A stretch of 61,233 bases of DNA, filler included. It is 4 parts of 4 records of this genome, joined end to end, with 100 filler letters (N's around TTAATTAATTAA, not from the genome) between each part and the next. Parts side by side here need not be neighbours in the genome. Positions count along the whole stretch, not along the records: positions 1 to 11,787 come from SRR31156797_25453; positions 11,888 to 17,525 come from SRR31156797_25463; 2 more parts are not named here. One strand, written 5' to 3'. A program made the translations under genes and the position numbers. Shown piece after piece: positions 7,889-16,061 of the stretch (the first letter of the stretch is position 1; the number at the start of each line of letters is the position of its first letter). A model generated the notes under the pieces. That model searched no databases and had not been told where the DNA came from. It saw only the letters and a program-made list of their open reading frames with translations.

Positions 7889-7918
7889 GAGTTATCAACA
7901 AGCACGAGAGATAAAGCC

Positions 7919-8170
7919 ATGAGAGAACTGAAGGACGTCAAAGAGAGACTGGAAGAAGTTGAAAAGATGATCGAGATCTACACCGGAAGTATGAAGAGTG
8001 TATGGACCTATGAGCAGAGGGATTATTTCCAGTCAAAACTGATTGGGTTGCGACATGAAAGAGGTAGCTTGAAGTCTGATATTCGCTACATGGAAACGGG
8101 GTATCCTTTGGAAGATGCATTCATGGCTGATCTGGATAAAATGTTTGATAAGAGGGAAGGACAGAAATGA
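7919..8170 (+). CDS. Hypothetical phage protein
   Basis: First ORF after the cassette. Confidence 0.7.
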   Translation: MRELKDVKERLEEVEKMIEIYTGSMKSVWTYEQRDYFQSKLIGLRHERGSLKSDIRYMETGYPLEDAFMADLDKMFDKREGQK

Positions 8171-8682
8171 AGAATATTGAACTTTGGCCGGTGATGAAAA
8201 CCATAGCACCGGTCTTTGATGAATCACTCCCGTGGAGTGAGTCTGAAAGGTATCCTATTGGGGGTACAATGTACTGTGACAATGAACCGAGTAAGGCTGT
8301 CAATATTACCGATTATGTGATGGTTCGAGGGCTTATTGGCAAGGACCTGACCATCCTTCCGCAGGTAGTCCGGGAGTTCGTTGAAGCTCAGATTGCCGAA
8401 GGACAGGAGATCGTGGATAACCCGGCGTATGCTACTGAGAATCTGGCAGAGGCTGTCGGTGGTAGTATCTTCAAAGTGTATGAACTGGGGTTCTATGCAC
8501 CGGGGACTACAGAAGGGAAGTATCAGGACACCGGATCAGTGAAGGGGTCAGTGTTCTACCGGATGCACACCGATTCTGAGAACTTCTCCTTCTCCTTCTC
8601 CCATGTGCTGGAGATCCCCTATCATCCGGGAGCAGTAGAGCAGGTTGGAGGTTGGTTTAAAGACCTCGTAGAAGCTCCCTGA
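8167..8682 (+). CDS. Acidic hypothetical phage protein
   Basis: ATGA overlap with upstream gene. Confidence 0.75.
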   Translation: MKNIELWPVMKTIAPVFDESLPWSESERYPIGGTMYCDNEPSKAVNITDYVMVRGLIGKDLTILPQVVREFVEAQIAEGQEIVDNPAYATENLAEAVGGSIFKVYELGFYAPGTTEGKYQDTGSVKGSVFYRMHTDSENFSFSFSHVLEIPYHPGAVEQVGGWFKDLVEAP

Positions 8683-8739
8683 GCCATTCAGGTGCCTAAT
8701 GGACACCCATTACCTTTAAAGCCTTGTTGATGCAATATG

Positions 8740-8777
8740 GCCCTCTGAGAGAGATTCTCAGGGGGCTTTTCTTTTTT
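8740..8777 (+). terminator. Intrinsic terminator
   Basis: GCCCTCTGAGA-gagat-TCTCAGGGGGC + T run. Confidence 0.85.
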
Positions 8778-8805
8778 CTCTAAAATACCAGAGCTCTGAG
8801 TACTT
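8776..8805 (+). promoter_or_regulatory. Putative phage-specific promoter, copy 4 (probably leaderless transcript)
   Basis: TTCTCTAA-N16-GTACTT; only 7 nt separate GTACTT from ATG 8813. Confidence 0.75.
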
Positions 8806-8812
8806 AGAAGGT

Positions 8813-9106
8813 ATGAAGTATAGTCAAGATCCAACCTGCGACATGTGCGAGTTTAACGGAGGCCCCGGTATCGGTTGTGATACTCCGGTCTGTGTTCGCC
8901 GCCACGTCACCCCACCACTGAAAGTCGTCTGTCCTATTTGTAAAGGAACCGGCGAGGTATATATGGATTCCAACGGAGATCCTGTGCATCCCTACAAGGC
9001 TGAGCATAAGAAAAAGTGCCCTTGTGTTGATGGCATCGTAGCCCGCCCCGGACTTCCCAAGCCCCAGTATGAGGTGATAGGGGCAGATGAAGGGGAACCA
9101 GAATGA
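8813..9106 (+). CDS. Cys-rich Zn-finger protein (CxxCxGxG)
   Basis: CDMC, CPICKGTG, CPCVDG. Confidence 0.7.
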   Translation: MKYSQDPTCDMCEFNGGPGIGCDTPVCVRRHVTPPLKVVCPICKGTGEVYMDSNGDPVHPYKAEHKKKCPCVDGIVARPGLPKPQYEVIGADEGEPE

Positions 9107-9549
9107 AGGCAACCGTTGATGCAATCTTAGAGGAAGCCCTCTCCTTGTTGGAGTACATCAGGGATGAACGTAATGACTATATTACAATGCGCCGGTCGGT
9201 AAGAGTCTTCTTGCGAAGAGCAAAGCAGAAGTTGGAGGGTACGGAAAAAGCACCATGCCTGACATGTGAGCTCCGGGAAGTGGAAATGCACAAAATGGAC
9301 GTACGGTGCAAGAAGCTGGAGGCACAGTTGGGTAAGGCCCGTACGACCCTTCAATCCCTGAACGCAATGGGAGGGCTGGGGTTCCGTGCTCATGATCTGA
9401 TCGACGCGGCAATGGACTACTGTACAGAGGATAACTGTGCGACCTGCGGAACCGATGATGGGCAGGATTGCCGGGAGTGTTTTCAAAATGATGATCCCTT
9501 AAAACCAATTCTTGTGGATCACTGGAGACCTAAGGGAAACAAAGAATGA
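9103..9549 (+). CDS. Hypothetical protein with Cys clusters
   Basis: ATGA overlap; CLTC, CATC, CREC. Confidence 0.7.
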   Translation: MKATVDAILEEALSLLEYIRDERNDYITMRRSVRVFLRRAKQKLEGTEKAPCLTCELREVEMHKMDVRCKKLEAQLGKARTTLQSLNAMGGLGFRAHDLIDAAMDYCTEDNCATCGTDDGQDCRECFQNDDPLKPILVDHWRPKGNKE

Positions 9550-9665
9550 AGAAGTGGATCAAGAAAGCTTTTCCAGAGCTGTGCCTTATCGCTGTGATTA
9601 TAATCGGACTCTGGAGAAAGCGAGGGATGAACGAAGATCCCGGGTGGAGTGAAAATGCTGTTTAA
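9546..9665 (+). CDS. Small membrane peptide (39 aa, not in ORF track)
   Basis: MKKWIKKAFPELCLIAVIIIGLWRKRG...; ATGA overlap, fills the operon gap. Confidence 0.55.
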   Translation: MKKWIKKAFPELCLIAVIIIGLWRKRGMNEDPGWSENAV

Positions 9666-9846
9666 AAAGAAATATTTCGTGAGCTTTGTGGGAAGCACCG
9701 GCTCTGAGGTTGTGCAGGTTGGCTGGTCCACCGTTGATAGTAGTGGGCGAATAAAGACTACGGAAGACCTTGAGAGGTTGTCAGAGCATCTGATGAAAGA
9801 GAAAGGGTATGAGAAGCTGACAATTCTAAGCTGGAGGAAGATGTAA
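9649..9846 (+). CDS. Hypothetical phage protein
   Basis: Coupled ORF. Confidence 0.65.
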   Translation: MKMLFKKKYFVSFVGSTGSEVVQVGWSTVDSSGRIKTTEDLERLSEHLMKEKGYEKLTILSWRKM

Positions 9847-10151
9847 TGCACAACAAATGCCCAAAGTGCAGTGCAAATGTGGCTCAGTTCCCCGGCTATG
9901 ACGGGATAATGTGTTCTGCCGGTTGTGGATGGTATGAGTTCTCTGATACACCCAGAGAGAAAGATTGGACCATTGTCCATTCCTCCATGACGCTGGAGGA
10001 TCTTCTGACCGCTCAGCGAGATGAGGCCATAGAACTTTTCGAGTGGCTTCGCTCGGACTCAAATATCTACAGGCACTCAAAAGCCCTCCAAAAAATCCGG
10101 GAGTTACTGGATCGTTGGGGGATTCCCAGACCTGAGGACTCTGAATTGTAG
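9846..10151 (+). CDS. Zn-ribbon hypothetical protein
   Basis: CPKC...CSAGCGW; TAATG overlap. Confidence 0.7.
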   Translation: MHNKCPKCSANVAQFPGYDGIMCSAGCGWYEFSDTPREKDWTIVHSSMTLEDLLTAQRDEAIELFEWLRSDSNIYRHSKALQKIRELLDRWGIPRPEDSEL

Positions 10152-10170
10152 CGTACGCTACAATTTTCTT
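10144..10170 (+). terminator. Perfect 22-bp palindrome, probable terminator
   Basis: AATTGTAGCGTACGCTACAATT followed by TTCTT. Confidence 0.55.
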
Positions 10171-10180
10171 CAGAAAACTA

Positions 10181-10219
10181 TTGTTTCCGCATCTTGATTT
10201 GTGTATAATTAAATCAAGA
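10181..10219 (+). promoter_or_regulatory. sigma70-like promoter with 9-bp inverted-repeat operator
   Basis: TTGTTT-N17-TATAAT; TCTTGATTT-N10-AAATCAAGA brackets the -10. Confidence 0.75.
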
Positions 10220-10231
10220 CAAGGAGGGAAG

Positions 10232-11002
10232 ATGAAAGAATATAAGATTGAGTCAGTGGAAGGGGTTTGGTTTCTCAAAGGACGGACTCTTCAGGGGATG
10301 AAAACTCAAGCCTCTCGAATGGTAAGCGCCCCCACCACACACATTGACATTTATCTCTATCGTACATGGACCACTTCGAAGAAGAATGCAGCGATTCTCA
10401 ACACTCTTCTCTCGGAAAAACGATACGGAAAATGGAGAGATACAGACGCCGTTGCAGAAGTCCCCACCCATGGCGGGAAACGTCCCGGCGCCGGGCGTAA
10501 AAAAGAGTCAGCGGAAGAGTCTTTCGTCCTGCCAATTCGTTTTCCTGAGAGCTGGAGAGTTGGCATGGGGGACAATATGACCCGATTTGTAAAGAGTGTC
10601 GTAAAGACCCAGATTGAGATAGAGAAGGGGGATCTGCGGCAGGCCTTTGAAACATGGTTCGAAGAGAATGATGGATCGCCGGTCAATAGTTATTTTGTCT
10701 TCAATGAGGCTGATGATGAATACGAAATGAATGGGAGCCGATATGAGACCATCGATGAGGTTGAGCTCTGGGGTGTGAATAAGGCTTACCGGGCTTTTAA
10801 GCTGACGGCCAAGAAGGAGAAGCGGGACAAGCTCATGGAGCAGGGGATGAGCTGGTTCATGACCTATGCAAAGAAGGTTCGGGATTATGTTGAAGGTACA
10901 GCGAATGCTCTTCATCAGGAACTGCCGCACAGCATGAAAGAGAACCTGTGCAACATCAAAGATGCACATGAGTATTTTATGACGGAAGGTTGGGAAAATT
11001 AG
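10232..11002 (+). CDS. Multidomain protein: AcrIF9-like N-terminus (tentative), GGxRxGAGR + RHH-like DNA-binding module, acidic C-terminus
   Basis: AAGGAGG RBS supports ATG 10232; THGGKRPGAGRKK...FVLPIRFPESW. Confidence 0.7.
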   Translation: MKEYKIESVEGVWFLKGRTLQGMKTQASRMVSAPTTHIDIYLYRTWTTSKKNAAILNTLLSEKRYGKWRDTDAVAEVPTHGGKRPGAGRKKESAEESFVLPIRFPESWRVGMGDNMTRFVKSVVKTQIEIEKGDLRQAFETWFEENDGSPVNSYFVFNEADDEYEMNGSRYETIDEVELWGVNKAYRAFKLTAKKEKRDKLMEQGMSWFMTYAKKVRDYVEGTANALHQELPHSMKENLCNIKDAHEYFMTEGWEN

Positions 11003-11120
11003 TAAAGCTAAGGAATTTAACTAATTCTTAACAATAACATACCGATTGGTATGTAGACAGATCCAAGTCTGCCTCTTAAAGTAGCCCTCCCCTGTAATGG
11101 TGTTTTTTTTGTGCCACCAT

Positions 11121-11149
11121 TTGAAAGTTCGTGAAAAAATGACTATTAA
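11121..11149 (+). promoter_or_regulatory. sigma70-like promoter
   Basis: TTGAAA-N17-TATTAA. Confidence 0.4.
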
Positions 11150-11180
11150 ACCATAACATATCGATATGGAGGTGCAGTTT

Positions 11181-11786
11181 ATGCACAAGCTACAGGAAAG
11201 CCGCTATACCTTCGGTATCCGTTCGGATCTCGCTCATTTCAGCGATACTGAGGGGCTGGTTGCGGTTTTTGAAGACTACGACACCAAAGAGTACTTTGCC
11301 TCCGAGCCCATGACTAAGGATGTTATTCCTGATTTCTGTGAAGACATCGTGGTTAAGTCTGGTGGGGTTATGTGTCTCCTCCAGTGTCTCACTGTAGAGC
11401 GGTTCAACCGCAAATATGCACAAGGTTCATTTGTTCAGGACAGAGGTCTTTTCAAGATCACAGCTCTAAAGGAATCCAAACCTTTTACACAATTTGGGGT
11501 GATGAAAGAAAAACTACAAACTAAAACTACTCTGAGAGAAGCTTCAGAGATCAAACTTGAACAGCTTCCTCCGGAGAAGCAAGCTGCTTTCCAGCAGATC
11601 AGAAATGCACTGGGGAATATGGTGAGTAGAGTGATCGGTGTATTTGACGGTATCCACGGCTACATCGTAATTGTAGAATCTGACCATGGCGTTCGGATCG
11701 GCCCCGAAGAAATGAAGGACCTTATGAAGGTCCCGGACTTCAGGTGGATTGAAGGAAACGATGTCGGAGCCTCCATAGGCTTCTAA
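11181..11786 (+). CDS. Hypothetical protein, possible internal head protein
   Basis: GGAGG RBS; repeated L-x-E-[SA] motifs (KLQES, ALKES, TLREAS). Confidence 0.7.
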   Translation: MHKLQESRYTFGIRSDLAHFSDTEGLVAVFEDYDTKEYFASEPMTKDVIPDFCEDIVVKSGGVMCLLQCLTVERFNRKYAQGSFVQDRGLFKITALKESKPFTQFGVMKEKLQTKTTLREASEIKLEQLPPEKQAAFQQIRNALGNMVSRVIGVFDGIHGYIVIVESDHGVRIGPEEMKDLMKVPDFRWIEGNDVGASIGF

Positions 11787-11787
11787 A

Positions 11788-11887
11788 NNNNNNNNNNNNN
11801 NNNNNNNNNNNNNNNNNNNNNNNNNNNNNNNTTAATTAATTAANNNNNNNNNNNNNNNNNNNNNNNNNNNNNNNNNNNNNNNNNNNN
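11788..11887. other. Artificial contig spacer (N run + TTAATTAATTAA)
   Basis: 100-nt N block with a six-frame stop linker; composition and gene content change abruptly across it. Confidence 0.98.
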
Positions 11888-12310
11888 CTTCAGATAGCGA
11901 TAGTGCGCGTTCTCGGGACTCAGGGACACGAGTTCATCGGCCACGGCCAGTGCCGCCTGGCGATCGGTGCCATGAGTATCCAGCAACTGTTCCGCCAGTT
12001 GAGCCAGAAAGAACTCATTCTCAGGATGCTGCGATGCCAGGTCGCCCAGTTCCTGGTCGTTGGGGTCTCCCAGACAGTAGCGCAGCATCTCGCCGGCCTC
12101 GGGGTCGGCCGCGAACGCCTTCTCCGAGACGGTCGGGACGGCCTTGGGCTTGCTGCGCCCGCTGCGGGCATAGCGCCAGATGAGTCGACCGTTCGGGATT
12201 TCATAGAGTGTGGCACCGACGCAGACAACGGCTATGGCCAGCCACACTCGCCTCCTGAATTGCATGAACATCTCCGCATCGCAGCTTGAGTCTTTGTCTT
12301 CGTAGTGCAT
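11888..12310 (-). CDS. TPR-like membrane protein paralog 4 (3' end cut by contig edge)
   Basis: N-terminal TM, TLYEIPN, QHPENEFFL, PENAHYRYL shared with neighbours. Confidence 0.8.
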
Positions 12311-12403
12311 CTCACTTCAAAATAGACGCCCGACCGACCGGAATAATCATATCAGAGTGATTCTCCGGCCGCAATGGGGCAGTTTCTTCGGCGTGACACC
12401 GTT

Positions 12404-14221
12404 TCAAGGCTGGCTGGGGGGTGCCTCGTGCAGGGTGTCCCAATCCGCCAGGGCCTTGCGGACGATGGGCAGGACGTCGCGCGGGTAGCTTGCCCAGCGA
12501 GCCTCCAGTTGCGCGGGGGACACGGCGCGGCGTGGATCGGTTTGCCGCTGGGCGAAATACGCCTCCATGTCCTCGGGCGCGAAGTAATAGAAGTGTTCGG
12601 GCAAGGCTCTGGTCTTCCGGCGGCCCAGTTCGCTGGCGTCGGCGCAGATGAAACGCTCATACGTCTCCTGCGTCGCGGCGGGAATATTGGGATATACGGA
12701 CAAGGGATTGGCCCATATCTTACTTTCGTAAGCGCGTTGGGCCCCGAAGACATCGAATCCGATCAATGCCACGGCCCAGACGATAACCGTTGCGAACGCG
12801 AGATTGTATCGCGGTCGTCGGAAGCTCACCGGCGGTTTCAATGTGAACACCCATAGAAGCAGACAAAGGGCCGACCAGACAGCAAACACGCCCACGTTCT
12901 GTGACCATCCTGCAAAGTGACTCGAACTGAAAAATTCGCTGTTGCTCATTAGGAGCAGCAGTGTGCCGTTGAACCACAACAGTACGTAGGCGGTTCGGCT
13001 TCGCCACGGGTACTGCTCGGGATGATCCATATCGGCAATGCTCACATGCAGCAGCCTATTCGGATAATCCAGCCATGAAAACCACACCAGATACCAAGGG
13101 AAGGTGAGCAACGCCAGCGCCCATACCCCTGCGGAGCGCCATCTGTGCGCCACGATCACCACCAGCAATCCGATCAGCATGAACGCGCCCGGAATGCTGC
13201 GCAGGCCACGATTCGGTGTTGGGTGGGTTTCATCCGGCCACACTCTGCGTTTGGCGAATAGCGCCAAGGTTATGCAGAGCAGTAGGAGCCCTGTGAATGC
13301 CCACGCCATCCACAAAGGCAGCGCTGAATGACTGGGCCACGTGTCGAGAATCATCGGAGTTGGCAAATCATCGAGCGCGAGGGCCTGTGCCAGACGCCGA
13401 CGGGCCTGCCACCCCTCGTCTTCGGTCAGGGGCAACTCTCGGAGTCTGGTCTGCTCCAGTTCTTCCGCCAGTGAGACACCGGTACGCAGGGACTCCCGGT
13501 CGTATGCGTCATCGATGACTCTGTCTGCCACGTTGGTGGCCAAAGCCATCAGTTGGCGGAACGATTCCTGATCCATGCCCTCCCAATCCGCCATGTCGAT
13601 GATGCGATGCCCCAGGAAATCGTATAACCACAGGTCAATTCGGGGTCCCTCGTGTCCAGGCACGACGGCTTCCTCTGCCAGGCGGGCCACACGGTGCTTG
13701 TACTTGCTATAGGGTAGATAGAACTCGGTCAGTCGATCGGCTTCCCGGAATTCCCCGAGGATCTCGCCGGCATAGCCTTCAGCTTCCGGAGTCCGGAACA
13801 GCACCCAGGCCCGCAGATAGTGGGCGTGGGCGTTGTTCGAATTGACGGCCAGGAGTTTGTCTGCGGTGGCCAGAGCCTCGTTGGGATCGGCATGCTTGCC
13901 AAACGCGAGTCGTGTGGCCAGTTCGGACAGGAAGAACTCGTTCTGGGGATATTGAGCGACCAAGTCTCTCAACTCGGTGATGGTGTTGGGATCGCTGTAA
14001 CGGTGCTTGAGGACAAAGCGCAAGACAGCGCCGGCCTCAGGATCGTGGGCGGCGACGCTTTTCGGTACGGACGGCGTGCCGTTCCGGCCCAAGCCGACGA
14101 ACACATTCCGAACGTACCACAAGCTGTCCACGGCATGGGGATACTCATAGATTGTCCCCGCGATACACAACGCCACCATCGCGGTCCACACCAGGGCTGT
14201 CCGTATCGTTGGCCTCGTCAC
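12404..14221 (-). CDS. TPR-like/multi-TM protein paralog 3 (605 aa)
   Basis: N-terminal TM, TPR-like helices, FYLPYSKYK, about 6 TMs, C-terminal soluble domain. Confidence 0.85.
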   Translation of the reverse strand: MTRPTIRTALVWTAMVALCIAGTIYEYPHAVDSLWYVRNVFVGLGRNGTPSVPKSVAAHDPEAGAVLRFVLKHRYSDPNTITELRDLVAQYPQNEFFLSELATRLAFGKHADPNEALATADKLLAVNSNNAHAHYLRAWVLFRTPEAEGYAGEILGEFREADRLTEFYLPYSKYKHRVARLAEEAVVPGHEGPRIDLWLYDFLGHRIIDMADWEGMDQESFRQLMALATNVADRVIDDAYDRESLRTGVSLAEELEQTRLRELPLTEDEGWQARRRLAQALALDDLPTPMILDTWPSHSALPLWMAWAFTGLLLLCITLALFAKRRVWPDETHPTPNRGLRSIPGAFMLIGLLVVIVAHRWRSAGVWALALLTFPWYLVWFSWLDYPNRLLHVSIADMDHPEQYPWRSRTAYVLLWFNGTLLLLMSNSEFFSSSHFAGWSQNVGVFAVWSALCLLLWVFTLKPPVSFRRPRYNLAFATVIVWAVALIGFDVFGAQRAYESKIWANPLSVYPNIPAATQETYERFICADASELGRRKTRALPEHFYYFAPEDMEAYFAQRQTDPRRAVSPAQLEARWASYPRDVLPIVRKALADWDTLHEAPPSQP

Positions 14222-16044
14222 GGTCCTGTCTCCGTCTCATGGATCTGTTCGGCTGTCGTCTCCGGGACGGCGCGGCTGTCAATTGTGGCCTGAATGATCG
14301 GCCGCACGTCGCGGGCCGAACGCCACAGCACGCTGCGAAGCTGCTCTTCGGAGAGGGCTCTGCCCTCAGCTCGGCGCCGGGCCAGAAACGCCTCCATGTC
14401 CTCGGCTGTAAAGTATCGGATGTATTCGGGCAGGGCATGGGCTCCGTCGGCATCCAGGTCGTCCAGCGGGCCTGCGTCGCGGATGAAGCGCTCGTAGGTC
14501 TGCTGGGTCGCCACAGGAATGCGGCCGTACGCGGGCAAGGGATTCGCCCAGATCTGATGCTCGTAGGCGCATTGAGCTCCCCAGACATCGAACGCGACCA
14601 GCGCCGCGGCCCAGTACATGGCCCCCACCAGCGCGCGGTTACGTCGCGGCTGCCGCAGGCTCATCCGGGGCCGCAGCATGGATAACCATAGAAGGATACA
14701 GAAAGCAAGCCACGCGGCAAAGACGCCGATGTTCTGCGTCCATCCTGCCAGGCTGCCTGACGTGAAGAACGTGCTATTGCCGAGCAGAAGGAGCAGTGTG
14801 CCGTTGAGCCAGAACAGGATTTGCGCGGTCCTGCTTCGCCAGGGTGATCGCCTGGGACCGACTGCATCGACAATGCGGACGGATAGCAGCGATTCGGCAT
14901 CACCCATCCACGAAATCCACAGCATGAGCCAGAGGCATGTGAGCAATAGGGCCGCCCAGAATTCGGCCCGAAACCATCCGTGCAAGACGAACAGCGCCAG
15001 CCAGGCGATCGGAACGAAAGCCCAGGATGTAATGCGAAGACGCCGGGCCAGCTTCAAATGAGCGGTGTCTGGCCATGCCTTACGTTTCGTGAGCAGGGCC
15101 AGGATGAGGTTCTGAACCAGGGCCGCAAGGGAGAACCACGCGGCGATGGGCAGGATCGGTACTCCGCTATGCCATGTGAGGGAGAACCGTCGATCTCGCC
15201 AGCGGCTGATTGCGATGGCCTGCGCCAGACGCTGGCGGGCTTGCCCAGCCTCTACTGCGGTCAGGTCCAGTTCTCGGAGTCTGATCTTCTCCACATCTTC
15301 CGTCAACTCGGCGCCGGCGCGGAGGGACGCCAGGTCGTAGGCGTTCTCGACGACTCTGGCAGCCATGTTGGCGGCTGAAGGCAGCAGTTGGTGGAAGGAT
15401 GGTCGATCCATCTCTCGCCAGCGGGTTGTGCTGGTAATGCGCGATCCCAGACTTCTATAGGGCAGCAGGTAGAGCCATGGTCGTCTATCGCTGGGCAGGG
15501 CGGCTTGGCCGGCCAGTCGGGCCACGCGGTCCTTGTACTTCCCATAGGGCAGATAGAACTCAGGCACCCGATCGGCCTGTTCGAACGCGCCGAGAGTCCC
15601 ATTGCGACGTATCGAAGCCCGTGGTTGCACCCAAGCCCGCAGATAGTGGGCGTGGGCGTTGTCGGGATTGACAGCCAGCAGTTGGTCGGTTACAGCCAAG
15701 GCCTCGTTGGGGTCGGCATGTTTGCTGCGGTTGAGTCCCTCGACCAACTGGGACAGGAAGAACTCATTCTGAGGATGTTCCGCCACCAAGTCCCTCAGTT
15801 CCGACACGTTGGGATCGCTGTAGCGGTGTTTGAGGACATAGCGTAAGATGACGCCGGCCTCGGGGTCCTGGGCGACCAGCCTATCCGGTACCAGCGTCGT
15901 AGCGCTTCTCTCCGGACCGGAGAACACGTTTCGAATACGCCGGAGACTGCTCACAGCGTTGGGGAATTCGTAGATGGTGCCAGTGATACAGAGCACCGCG
16001 ATCGCGCTCCACACCAGGGTTGTCTGTATCGTGGGCCTCTTCAC
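14218..16044 (-). CDS. TPR-like/multi-TM protein paralog 2
   Basis: Collinear with paralog 3; GTG start at 16044 (VKRPTIQT vs MTRPTIRT). Confidence 0.85.
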   Translation of the reverse strand: MKRPTIQTTLVWSAIAVLCITGTIYEFPNAVSSLRRIRNVFSGPERSATTLVPDRLVAQDPEAGVILRYVLKHRYSDPNVSELRDLVAEHPQNEFFLSQLVEGLNRSKHADPNEALAVTDQLLAVNPDNAHAHYLRAWVQPRASIRRNGTLGAFEQADRVPEFYLPYGKYKDRVARLAGQAALPSDRRPWLYLLPYRSLGSRITSTTRWREMDRPSFHQLLPSAANMAARVVENAYDLASLRAGAELTEDVEKIRLRELDLTAVEAGQARQRLAQAIAISRWRDRRFSLTWHSGVPILPIAAWFSLAALVQNLILALLTKRKAWPDTAHLKLARRLRITSWAFVPIAWLALFVLHGWFRAEFWAALLLTCLWLMLWISWMGDAESLLSVRIVDAVGPRRSPWRSRTAQILFWLNGTLLLLLGNSTFFTSGSLAGWTQNIGVFAAWLAFCILLWLSMLRPRMSLRQPRRNRALVGAMYWAAALVAFDVWGAQCAYEHQIWANPLPAYGRIPVATQQTYERFIRDAGPLDDLDADGAHALPEYIRYFTAEDMEAFLARRRAEGRALSEEQLRSVLWRSARDVRPIIQATIDSRAVPETTAEQIHETETGP

Positions 16045-16061
16045 TTGGGTGTCTCCCTCTC

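Larger units (their letters stand above)
1..11787 (+). mobile_element. Bacteriophage genome fragment (accessory/early-middle gene region of a large phage)
   Basis: Dense short co-directional ORFs with overlapping stop/start codons, many Zn-ribbon ORFans, HNH, RyR-domain and Lar-like proteins, repeated promoter-terminator cassettes, no housekeeping genes. Confidence 0.85.

Noticed and set aside
2839-8805. Repeated intergenic motif as a dispersed CRISPR-like array
   Set aside because: Copies are 0.7-3.3 kb apart, have only two short conserved boxes, and sit at promoter positions
1-11787. Stop-codon reassignment in the phage
   Set aside because: Standard-code ORFs tile the contig densely and TAA, TAG and TGA all end genes; the single internal TAA at 6445 is better explained as a mutation
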